Below are positions 20,327-30,000 of a DNA stretch of 64,000 nt, one piece after another; positions within the stretch are counted from its first letter, which is position 1, and each line of letters starts with the position of its first letter. The DNA lies in contig NZ_PUHY01000005.1 of assembly GCF_002967765.1 (NCBI RefSeq), positions 688,774 through 752,773 of the forward strand, in the 5' to 3' direction. Origin of the DNA: Blastopirellula marina. GTDB taxonomy: Bacteria > Planctomycetota > Planctomycetia > Pirellulales > Pirellulaceae. Both the position numbers and the translations under genes were made by a program. The notes beneath the pieces are model-generated. The model had not been told where the DNA came from, did no database searches, and saw nothing but the letters and a program-made list of their open reading frames with translations.

Positions 20327-23143
20327 ATGGCGGATGATAGTCTGCAGGAACAATTCGACGCGTTAAAGCGTCAGCTCGCCGAAACTCAAGCTCAACTTAC
20401 GTCGCTGCAGAATGATCTCGTTGCTCGTAAAAGTGACGTTTCGCACCAGTTGGCCGAGAACGAACTTCTTCAAGTCACCCTGGAATGCATCGGCGATGCG
20501 GTCATTACGACGAATGAACAGGGCGAGGTCGAGTTTCTGAACCCCGTTGCCCAACAGTTAACTGGCTGGTCCAACGACGATGCCCGGGGCAAACCGCTGG
20601 AAACGGTGTTTGTTATCCAGAGCGAGGTAACCGGTCTTCCTGCGGAGAATCCGGTCAGCCGCTGCTTACGAGAGGGACACGTCGTCGGCTTGGCAAATCA
20701 TACAATTTTGATTGCCAAGGATGGGCGAACGTTTCCAATTGACGATAGCGCTGCACCCATTCGCGACCACCAGGGAAAGGTTCGCGGAGCCGTGTTGGTC
20801 TTTCGCGATGTTACCGAACGTCGCCAGGCGGAAGAAGCGATCCGCTCGGCCCGCTCGCGATTGAATACGACCTTGGCCGCTGGCGAGATTGGAACTTGGG
20901 AATTCGATATCTCCTCCGATCGGGTCGATGCCGACCAGAACATGGCCCGCATCTTTGGCGTCAGCGACGAGTCGGCCGACGGAGGGCCCTTCTCAGAGTT
21001 CGCCGCGGCTATCCATCCGGACGACCGGGAAGAAGTCGCCGCGAAAATTGCCAAAGCCTTAGAGAATGACAACTCGCTGGAAATGTCCTGCCGCGTGATC
21101 AACGCCGAAGGCGAAACACGCTGGTTGATTGCTCGTGGTCAGGTCGAACGAGATGAAAATGGAAAAGCAGTTCGACTTCCAGGCGTGGTGGTCGACATCA
21201 CTGGCGAACGTCGTGCAGAACAGCAGCTGCGCGTCAGTGAGTCCAAATGGCGACTGGCCCTAGAAGCGGCCGGGATGGGTGCCTGGAACGTCGACAAACG
21301 CACCAACACGCTTACTAGCGACTCTCGGTTTAACATGATCTACACCGGATCGCCGAAACAAATCAATCTCGAGCAGGCGTACGAGGCGATTCACCCAGAC
21401 GATCGCGACCGCGTACGCAGTCTAGTGGCGCGCGCCGTAGACCGAGAAAATCCCGAAACCTACGCAGCCGAGTATCGAGTAGTTCATCCCGATGGATCGA
21501 TCCACTGGGTTTATGCCAAAGGGCGGGCAACGTTCGAGCATTATGGCAGTGAGAGGTCGCTGATCAGCTTTGATGGAACTGTGATCGATATCACCGATCG
21601 CGTGCAGATCCAAGAGAAGTTGCGGGAAAGCGAGACACAATTCCGCCAGTTGGCCGATGCCATTTCGCAGCTGGCATGGATGGCCGATCCTGATGGGCAC
21701 ATCTATTGGTACAACGATCGTTGGTATCAATACACCGGCACGACCAAAGAAGACATGCTCGGCTGGGGATGGCAATCGGTTCATGACGAGAACGTGTTGC
21801 CGAAAGTGCTGGAACGCTGGCAGGCGTCCATCAAATCAGGCAAGCCGTTCAGCATGTCGTTTCCACTTCGCGGGGCCGACGGTGTTTTCCGCCCGTTTCT
21901 CACGAAGATTATGCCTTTGCTCGATCAAGCGGGCAACGTCACGCGTTGGTTTGGTACGAATACCGACATCAGCGAACAGCACGAGCTACAAGAGGAATTG
22001 CGACGCGTTGCTGCCGAGCTTTCCGAATCGGATCGTCGCAAAGATGAGTTCCTCGCGACCTTGGCGCACGAGCTACGAAATCCGCTATCGCCAATCAAGT
22101 CCGCGACGCAATTGATGCGGTTGATCGATAACGACCCGGACCAGTTTCGCGAGCTCAGCGAATTGATCGATCGTCAGGTCGTGCAAATGGTGCGACTGAT
22201 CGACGACCTACTCGATATCTCCCGCATCAGCCTCGGCAAAATCGAGTTGAAGACTGAGGCATGCGATGTCCGAAGTGCCATTCGCAGCGCCTTGGAATCG
22301 GCGACGCCGCTGATCGAAAACTTGGGACACCGGCTACATGTGGACATTGGCGAATCACCGCTGCTGGTGCAAGGCGATTCGACCCGTCTCGCGCAAATCC
22401 TGATTAACCTGCTGAACAATGCGGCGAAGTACACCGAACAACCAGGCGACATTTGGCTGACGGCAAAGCAAGAGGGAGACGAGGTTGTCGTCTCGGTCCG
22501 CGATAATGGAATTGGCATCGAAGAGCATGAACTGGCTCGCGTGTTCGAGATGTTCCATCAGGTCAAAGAGAAGCAGCAGCATGGCCAAAGCGGATTGGGA
22601 ATTGGTCTGTCGCTCGTGAAGTCGCTGGTGGCGCTGCATAAGGGATCGGTTGAAATCCGCAGCGAAGGGGTCGGGCATGGCTCGACTTTCATCGTCCGCC
22701 TCCCAGTTCTAGTGGAAGGAATGGAGACCGCCAAACTACCAGCATCCGGATACGAAGAAGCCGGAAATGGCCGTGCCGTCCGCGTGCTTGTCGTCGAAGA
22801 CGCGCGGGCCAATCGTGCGATTCTTGTGCGTCTGCTTGAAAAGCTTGGTCACACCGTCGAGCAAGCGGTGAATGGGCTGGATGGCTTGGACAAAGTCGAA
22901 GCGTTTCGCCCCGAGGTGATCCTGACCGATATCTCGATGCCGATGATGAATGGTATCGAGATGGTTCGTAAGATTCGCGAAACCGATCAGCAAACGGTCA
23001 TCGTCGCCATGAGCGGCTACGGCCAAGCGACCGACCGCGAGGTCGCCAACGCCGCTGGCTTCAACGGATATATCGTCAAGCCCGTCGATATCCGCGACCT
23101 GGAGCGAGTATTCAGCGAACTGCTGGATCACGAAGCGAAATAG
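20327..23143 (+). CDS. hybrid sensor histidine kinase: coiled coil, multiple PAS domains, HisKA, HATPase and a C-terminal receiver
   Basis: The H-box is ATLAHELRNPLSPI. N and G boxes are present (LLNNAAKYT, DNGIGI, GLGIGLSLV). The C-terminal receiver has VLVVEDARANR...LTDISMPMMNG. Confidence 0.85.
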   Translation: MADDSLQEQFDALKRQLAETQAQLTSLQNDLVARKSDVSHQLAENELLQVTLECIGDAVITTNEQGEVEFLNPVAQQLTGWSNDDARGKPLETVFVIQSEVTGLPAENPVSRCLREGHVVGLANHTILIAKDGRTFPIDDSAAPIRDHQGKVRGAVLVFRDVTERRQAEEAIRSARSRLNTTLAAGEIGTWEFDISSDRVDADQNMARIFGVSDESADGGPFSEFAAAIHPDDREEVAAKIAKALENDNSLEMSCRVINAEGETRWLIARGQVERDENGKAVRLPGVVVDITGERRAEQQLRVSESKWRLALEAAGMGAWNVDKRTNTLTSDSRFNMIYTGSPKQINLEQAYEAIHPDDRDRVRSLVARAVDRENPETYAAEYRVVHPDGSIHWVYAKGRATFEHYGSERSLISFDGTVIDITDRVQIQEKLRESETQFRQLADAISQLAWMADPDGHIYWYNDRWYQYTGTTKEDMLGWGWQSVHDENVLPKVLERWQASIKSGKPFSMSFPLRGADGVFRPFLTKIMPLLDQAGNVTRWFGTNTDISEQHELQEELRRVAAELSESDRRKDEFLATLAHELRNPLSPIKSATQLMRLIDNDPDQFRELSELIDRQVVQMVRLIDDLLDISRISLGKIELKTEACDVRSAIRSALESATPLIENLGHRLHVDIGESPLLVQGDSTRLAQILINLLNNAAKYTEQPGDIWLTAKQEGDEVVVSVRDNGIGIEEHELARVFEMFHQVKEKQQHGQSGLGIGLSLVKSLVALHKGSVEIRSEGVGHGSTFIVRLPVLVEGMETAKLPASGYEEAGNGRAVRVLVVEDARANRAILVRLLEKLGHTVEQAVNGLDGLDKVEAFRPEVILTDISMPMMNGIEMVRKIRETDQQTVIVAMSGYGQATDREVANAAGFNGYIVKPVDIRDLERVFSELLDHEAK

Positions 23144-23175
23144 GCCGAGTGGTTTCAATCCAAGTTCACCACGAC

Positions 23176-24147
23176 CTAAGCGTCCACGACCTCAGCGTGC
23201 TCGCCAAGCAGGCCAAGTAGTTCCTTCACGCACTTCTTTCGCTGCGACTTCGTAACGTTGATTCGTAGCATCGGATGCCCCTTCTTACGCAAGTCACACT
23301 TCGGTGCGTATCCGTAAGTCAGATTCTTTTCGACCGCCAAAAAGGCTGGTAAATCTGTTTCCTCTAGGCCACCGGCAGCGCGGCGATAGTTTGGCCATTC
23401 CCATGCGGGTGGCAAGGCGACCTGTGAGTACATAACCCCCTTATACTTGAACACTTTGCATCCCACTGACTTCAATAAGATCGCGAGTTGTTTTCCCCGC
23501 ACCTTGGGCGAATCGAGCGCGATGGTTATCGGATCGTACGGATCTTCCGGCGCGGTCAGCATGTTCAGAAACTCGTTCAGCGAGCTCGCCACAAACGCGA
23601 TGCCATCTTCCGGATCGTCCACGTCAACATGATGGGGTGAATAGAAGAGCCAGATCTGCCCAACACGAGGACCAGAGTGAAACGTGAGCAGTAAATCATC
23701 CGAAGACAACGCCGCCACCGGTATCGCGTAACGTGGCAAGTAATCGCGGAATCGCACCATGATGCTCAAGCAGTCGATACTTCGGTCAGGCCCAAAGGGA
23801 CTTGGGTCAAGTCCGAAAAAGCGGTCGAGGCACATGACTTCGAGTTCGTCATGGGGCCGCTCCCAACGAAAATACTCCTGATCAGGCCGACCGCCATTCG
23901 ACTTCTTCAACAGCTTTTGGTGCTCTTCGGTCAGGCGTAGCTCGGAAGCCCAATAGTTGAGCTCGGCCGTCGTGAGAGGCTTGCCCGCGTGTTCGAACTT
24001 AAGCCGCGGCATCGAATGCTTCTTCATAGTCTTTTTCGAGTTTCGCTTCGACTTGGCCATGATGTGGGACATTCGTGAGAGGAATTCGAAGGGAATCGCG
24101 GACGAACTTTCACTGCCTAATTTGGATAACCGTCTATCGATTGTCAA
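23176..24147 (-). CDS. hypothetical protein with SMI1/KNR4 (SUKH-1)-like N-terminal domain
   Basis: LTTAELNYWASELRLTEEHQKLLKKSNGG fits the SUKH 'lp.dy..fL..sNGg' signature. The start is uncertain and may be the downstream Met (MAKSKR). Confidence 0.4.
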   Translation of the reverse strand: MTIDRRLSKLGSESSSAIPFEFLSRMSHIMAKSKRNSKKTMKKHSMPRLKFEHAGKPLTTAELNYWASELRLTEEHQKLLKKSNGGRPDQEYFRWERPHDELEVMCLDRFFGLDPSPFGPDRSIDCLSIMVRFRDYLPRYAIPVAALSSDDLLLTFHSGPRVGQIWLFYSPHHVDVDDPEDGIAFVASSLNEFLNMLTAPEDPYDPITIALDSPKVRGKQLAILLKSVGCKVFKYKGVMYSQVALPPAWEWPNYRRAAGGLEETDLPAFLAVEKNLTYGYAPKCDLRKKGHPMLRINVTKSQRKKCVKELLGLLGEHAEVVDA

Positions 24148-24148
24148 T

Positions 24149-24937
24149 TCACTGGCCGCGACGCACCCACTCGTCCACGTACTGCGAATACGCTTCCCAG
24201 ATTTCCGGAAAACGGGTGACGTTCGGGATGTGGTTCACTTCTAAGAGATGCGGTTGTCCGTCCGGCGTGACAATGTAATCGTTCGCCGCGATCTCCAAGC
24301 CCAACGCCTTTGCGACTTGCCGGGTATCGCTTACCAAGCTTGGGTCGGCTTCAATTAGCTGGGCCGTGGGATGGTGGATCGACTTCAACCAGCCGTCCCC
24401 TTCCAGCTTGATTTGCCATGCTCGTTCGCCAATGACGACGACACGCACGGCGTCCCCCGCAAGGAAAGGTTCAACAATCGCCACTTCTTCAGCTTGCCAC
24501 TGGCCATCGAAGACTTGCTTGTTCTCGCCGCAATGGAAGTTTCCCCATTTCGCTACCCGCGGCTGGTCGGTGGTAAAGGTCGCGCCCGCCGAAACAAACC
24601 CCCGGTTCGGCGCAGCAAACTGCGAGACCTGTAGGGCACGAACTAAACATGGTAATTTCAAGCGACAATCCATCATCGCCCGCGCATCTGGCAAACAACG
24701 GCCTCCCCACAACGCAAGTCCCGCGATCAAGTCGTGATCGTCCGCGAAGATGCCATGAAACACCACATCGGAAACAGGCCGATAACCAAACCCGCTCAGC
24801 GCTTCGACCAGCAGCTGGCCGTCCCGCACAACGATCTTGGGCAACGTTTCGTAACAAACGATCGGCGATTCTATCCGAGCGCGGAACCAGTCATTCTGAG
24901 GTTGATCGAGGCCAATGAAGCAAATACGGCGTGACAT
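24149..24937 (-). CDS. ATP-grasp fold protein (RimK-like)
   Basis: VAKWGNFHCGENKQVFDG is a glycine-rich loop and HLLEVNHIPNV is 'vlEvN..P'-like. It sits 1 bp upstream of the SUKH-like gene. Confidence 0.4.
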   Translation of the reverse strand: MSRRICFIGLDQPQNDWFRARIESPIVCYETLPKIVVRDGQLLVEALSGFGYRPVSDVVFHGIFADDHDLIAGLALWGGRCLPDARAMMDCRLKLPCLVRALQVSQFAAPNRGFVSAGATFTTDQPRVAKWGNFHCGENKQVFDGQWQAEEVAIVEPFLAGDAVRVVVIGERAWQIKLEGDGWLKSIHHPTAQLIEADPSLVSDTRQVAKALGLEIAANDYIVTPDGQPHLLEVNHIPNVTRFPEIWEAYSQYVDEWVRRGQ

Positions 24938-25131
24938 GTTTGTTACACAAAGCTAAGAAAGTGAGACGATTGGTTGGAATTAAGGCGCATACAGTTTCTC
25001 CGACAAGGTTTCGTAAGCTTTGGTTCACCGGAATAGGTTAGGAGGTTGCATCAGCTTTGCATAACAACGCAAATAGGCATGTCTCAATGCAAGACTGTTT
25101 CACTTCAGCGAAAACGAAATGGAGAAATGGC

Positions 25132-25542
25132 ATGAGCAAACTGCGATGTACCTGCGGGAATATTATCTCGGATACGCTAAGTCCGAGTGATGTCTCAGGT
25201 TGTCTTTTATCGGATATTTGCATGGATGAATTCTTTATCTCGATTTCAAGAATCGTCGATAGCTACGTTCAGCATTTTGCTAATGACGACGTCGAGAGTT
25301 GGCGACGAGAACATTTGGGCGACGGCTACCCAACCACCGTCTCGCCAGGGGACATGATTCACGACCTACTCGTGACTCAGTTTTTGGATCTTACACTCGC
25401 GGCCGTAGAGTGCGACGAATGTGGGCGACTATGGTTTCAAGAGAAGCCCAACACCAATCGTTATCATGCTTACGTTCCAGAAGTTGACGCGGAGAAACGG
25501 ACGAAGAAACTTGGCGATTTCAAGTCGCAAGATGAACGGTAG
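25132..25542 (+). CDS. small Cys-rich (zinc-ribbon-like) hypothetical protein, low GC
   Basis: The six-frame ORF is 25057..25542. The Met at 25132 has GGAGA upstream. It has CTCGN...CDECG cysteine pairs. Confidence 0.45.
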   Translation: MSKLRCTCGNIISDTLSPSDVSGCLLSDICMDEFFISISRIVDSYVQHFANDDVESWRREHLGDGYPTTVSPGDMIHDLLVTQFLDLTLAAVECDECGRLWFQEKPNTNRYHAYVPEVDAEKRTKKLGDFKSQDER

Positions 25543-25610
25543 CTGAACCTCAAAACCATTTATACTAATTTGTCGCACCGTCCTAACCGAGTCTGATGTC
25601 CAGGTAAATC

Positions 25611-26333
25611 ATGTGGCCCTTTCGACGCAAGAAGCCGACCCCACCGAAATCGGAATCGCCGCCGGTCTATTGTCTGCAACCACAGATACCGGATCTTCCC
25701 TCTGGATTCGGCTACAAGAACACCTGGTGGGCATTCCCAACGCAAGACACCAGCGCAGTGGTCGCTGCCATTGAACTTCAAAATCCGCAGCCTGCGAACT
25801 GGCAAACCGGCATCCTGCATGCTTACCAGCAGTCGGTGTTCGTGGCACCGCCGATCGGTAAATGGACGTTCGTGGCAGGCTTTGATCTGCCCCCGAGTAG
25901 CACGAATGCACGCCAAGAGGTGATTGATCCGCTCCTTCAGCTGAGTCAGGTCTTCGGCGAAGCTCAGGCTTTTTCTACCCACCGAGTGGTCGGCTACAAT
26001 GTCTGGGCTAAAGCGGTATCGGGACAACTCATTCGCGGCTTTGGCTACCTCGGCGAGTCAGGCGAAACCTTCTGGGACGAAGGCGAGATGACTCCGGAAG
26101 AACACAATCTAGGCTTCCGCTTCTTCGACGAACGTTTACCAGAGGCGGAAGACGATTCCTACTGGGATCGCGAAGATCTTAGCTATCCCGACGAGGATCA
26201 CGTCATGCAAATCGCCGCAGCTTGGTCGATCTCTCCGACAACGCTCGATTCATGCCATTACCAGAAGCCACAATTAGGGGTGCTCGGCACGACTGCGCGA
26301 CGGCTGGATGAGGTAAGATCACGTCGAGACTGA
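25611..26333 (+). CDS. hypothetical protein
   Basis: It is a 240-aa ORF with no recognisable motif. Confidence 0.5.
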   Translation: MWPFRRKKPTPPKSESPPVYCLQPQIPDLPSGFGYKNTWWAFPTQDTSAVVAAIELQNPQPANWQTGILHAYQQSVFVAPPIGKWTFVAGFDLPPSSTNARQEVIDPLLQLSQVFGEAQAFSTHRVVGYNVWAKAVSGQLIRGFGYLGESGETFWDEGEMTPEEHNLGFRFFDERLPEAEDDSYWDREDLSYPDEDHVMQIAAAWSISPTTLDSCHYQKPQLGVLGTTARRLDEVRSRRD

Positions 26334-26367
26334 GCGTCAAAACTCGGGTCGCAAATCCGAATGCTAG

Positions 26368-26955
26368 TTAGCCCGCATCCCCCAACTGTTCACGCAGACG
26401 TCGCAACACACGAGAGCGATATTTGCGAACGGATGCTGGGCTGATCTCGAGTTCCTCGGCCACTTGTCGAGCAGAGATCGAGTCGATCGTGGTTCGCCAG
26501 AACGCTTGCCAGGTTTTCGTTTCAAACTCGTTCTGCACTTGCGATAATGCTCGGTGCAAGAGTTGATTGAAGTGGAGATCATCGGTTGGTTCATCCGCCT
26601 CCGCCAAGTCGGGCAGTGCTTGCATCGCGGCAAGCCCTTCGGTCCCACCGGTCGCGTCGGCATGCTGGCCTTCGCGGCGGAGCGAATCGATGATCTTATT
26701 GCGTGTAATTGTCCACAACCACGCACGAAAGCAGCCAGTGGTACCGGTCGGGGTAAATGAGCCGAGCGACTTCAGCACGGCAAAGAAAACCTCCTGCAAG
26801 CAATCATGAATCGCGGCCGGCTGCAAACCCTTTCGCCGACACCAATAGGCGATCAACGGCGAATAGAGCTCGACCAATTCCCGCCAGGCAGCCGAATCGT
26901 CGTTCCGCACGCGAAGGATCAAGCTGGGACTGGTCGATTCCGACGAGCGAGCCAT
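26368..26955 (-). CDS. ECF-type RNA polymerase sigma-70 factor
   Basis: Region 2 (WRELVELYSPLIAYWCRRKG...CLQEVFFAV) and region 4 (ISARQVAEELEISPASVRKYRSRVLRRLRE) are both present. Confidence 0.85.
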   Translation of the reverse strand: MARSSESTSPSLILRVRNDDSAAWRELVELYSPLIAYWCRRKGLQPAAIHDCLQEVFFAVLKSLGSFTPTGTTGCFRAWLWTITRNKIIDSLRREGQHADATGGTEGLAAMQALPDLAEADEPTDDLHFNQLLHRALSQVQNEFETKTWQAFWRTTIDSISARQVAEELEISPASVRKYRSRVLRRLREQLGDAG

Positions 26956-27043
26956 CGGGGAAACTCCAAGAAAAGACGTGTCACACCTGCAGCGATCTTG
27001 ATAATAGTAACACGTATCTTTTTATTTCCTAGGATGTTCCAAC

Positions 27044-30000
27044 ATGATCGCAGCCCACTGTCCAGATCTTGACGATCTGCAGAAGTATCTTTCTGGTAGA
27101 TTGGATAGCATCGCCGCCGCTGACCTGGAAAGCCACTTAGATCAGTGCGAATCGTGCGAACAAACAATCGATCAGCTCGAAGCCGAGTCCGATTCGATGG
27201 TCGAAGTGTTGCGGAAGTGGAAGTCCTCGGATCGAGTAAGCTCCGTAGATGCTAGTCCAGAAATCGCCGCGGCCCAAGCGTTCTCGGCGAACCTGGCCGA
27301 TCGCCTGAAAGTGGCCAGTCATCTGACAATGGCTACATCGCCGACCATCGGAGCTTATCAACTCATTCGTCTCCTCGGACGTGGTGGGATGGGAGCCGTG
27401 TACCTGGCGCGGCACCGAAACCTCGACAAGCAGGTTGCCATCAAGCTTCTGCCAGCCCTTTCCGCCCAACAACAAGATATTGTCGCCCGTTTTCAACGTG
27501 AGATTCGCGCTTCGGGTCAGCTCGATCACCCTGCGATCGTCCGGGCGACCGATGCTGGCGAAGTTGATGGAATCCATTTCCTGGTGATGGACGCTATCGA
27601 CGGGCTTGATATCGGCCAGGTATGCCGAAATCTTGGACCACTATCGTTTGCCGATGCTTGCGAAATCGCCCGTCAGGCCGCCGTCGGCTTAGCGTATGCC
27701 CATGGAAAAGGGATTGTTCATCGCGACATCAAGCCATCGAACCTCATGCTCGACGAGAACGGCCAGGTGAAGATCTTAGACTTTGGCCTGGCGCAGATGT
27801 CACTGTGGAGTGACGAAGCAACGCAGCTCACGACCGTCGGTCAGTTGATGGGAACGCTCGATTACATGGCCCCTGAACAGGCTGAAGGAAGCGAACTGCC
27901 AGATCAACGGGCCGATATCTATGCCCTGGGTGCAACGCTCTATCGTCTGCTGACTGGCCGCCCTCCCCTGTGGGCTTCCCGGGCAGGAAGTCCGATCGAG
28001 AAGTTACGTCTCATCGCCAGCCACGATCCGCCGCCGATCGAATCCATTCGCGGCGATCTTCCTCCTGCTTTGACGCAGCTCGTGATGCAGATGCTCGCTC
28101 GCGATCCTGAACAAAGGCCGCAGTCGGCGGAGGAAGTCGCCGAGCGTTTGGCTCCGTACTGCGATACGTCAGAACTAAATCGCGTAATTAAGACAGCACG
28201 CGATCAATCTCCGGATGCCGACGGACATTCCGAATCACCCAGCGCGATACCTCGACCTATCAAATCGCAGCCGCCGCACAACATTTGGAAATGGACCACC
28301 CTGGCCGCATGTTTGGCACTGCTAATTCTCGGTGCCCGGTTTACCCTCGACACCTCCAAAGGCCAATTGATCATCGATTCCAAAGACGCCAACCTGCACA
28401 TCCACCTTCGCCGGGATGGACAGGCCTATCGTGACTTGGAAATCCATCCCGGCGTTCAAGTCACTAAGCTATACGGCGGCAATTACGAAATTGTCCTCGA
28501 TCAACCTAGTGATAATATCACCATCTCGCGGAAGAAGTTCAGCATTAGGATGGGGGAAAAACTCATTGCGACGGTTCAGGAAAAGCCTGGAGAAGTGGTC
28601 GCAGTAAACGAGCCCCAACCTGCTGAAAAGCCCGCTGCGGAAGCGGTGAAAGTCACTGCCAAACGTGTGAAAGTTGCCGCGGTCGAAGCAAAGACGGTCA
28701 GGGTTCGTTACCTCTATCTGGGCCGTCTCCAAGAGCGTGCTTTGGGATTCTTGACCCCGAACCGAGATGGCGTAGTCAAGGATTTGAATGTTCACCTTGG
28801 GCAAGAGGTGAAGAAGGGAGACCTGATTGCGGAAGTTGTTTCGGCCGACAACGAGAAAGAAGCTATCCAGGCTCCCTTCGATGCCTTCGTGATTGGGTTG
28901 AAGGTTGCCGAGGGAGACCAGGTGAAAAAGGGAGATATGCTGATGCTGTTATCCGCCAACGGTCCGGCGATCGTCAATTTCGATATTTCTCCAGACGAAC
29001 GTCTGCTGTTTGTGCAAAGCGTACTCAACGGCGATACGAAAATGGAGCTCGTGTTTGAAAAAAACGAGAAGAAGTACGACCACGCGGGAAAGTTGACGAA
29101 GGTTGACGGGAAGGTTGACTCGCATGGAAACATCGAACTGCAAGCCGAATTCCCCAATCCGGAAGGAAAGGTTGGGACGGGAACAAGGGCGTGGATCGAG
29201 ATCAACCCAACGCTCGAAAATGTCACCCTAGTCCCGAAAGAGGCCGTGTTCCGGAGGGACAATCGAACCTGCGTGTTGGTTGTGGACGATCATCAAATCG
29301 CTCACCTGCGTGATGTTACCGTAATGAATCCATGGGAGGATTGCTACGTCATTAAGTCAGGAGTAAGAGTCGGTGAGCAAGTCATCGTTGATGGCATCGA
29401 CCAGGTCCAAGATGGAGAAAAGGTGGTGGCACCTACCACAACAGCCGATCGGCCAGTTGCCAAGACCATCCAAGTCGGAACCGTGGAAGCTCAATCGGTG
29501 ACGATCACCAATCGTTACGTCGGAGAAATTCAGAAGCGAACGGTCGGATACGTTGAGGCGAAAGTGGACGGGACGGTCGATCAAGTTTACGTCACGACAG
29601 GGCAGAAGATCCGCAAGGGAGATTTGATTTTCGAGACCACATCGGCCGAAAGCTCAAGTGATCGTGACACCCCTGCTCAAGACCCCAACAGTGCGATCCA
29701 AGCGCCGTTTGATGGATTCGTCTGGGGCGTGAAATTCAAGAAGGGAGATCGGACCAAAAAAGGAGATAAACTGATCATCCTGTCCGAAGCTGGACCTGGG
29801 GTTGTCGACTTCAACGTTCCGGCGAGTCGACTGGAGGAGATCATCCGGTGGGATTCGAACAACGAGTTAAAGCTGTCCCTGATGTTCTCGAATGGAAAGA
29901 GGTACGACCTGCCTGGAAAGCTGACTACGATCGACGGCGAAGTCGAACTTGCATCTGGAAATGTTCACCTGCAAGCCGAGTTCCCGAACCCTGATGGGAA

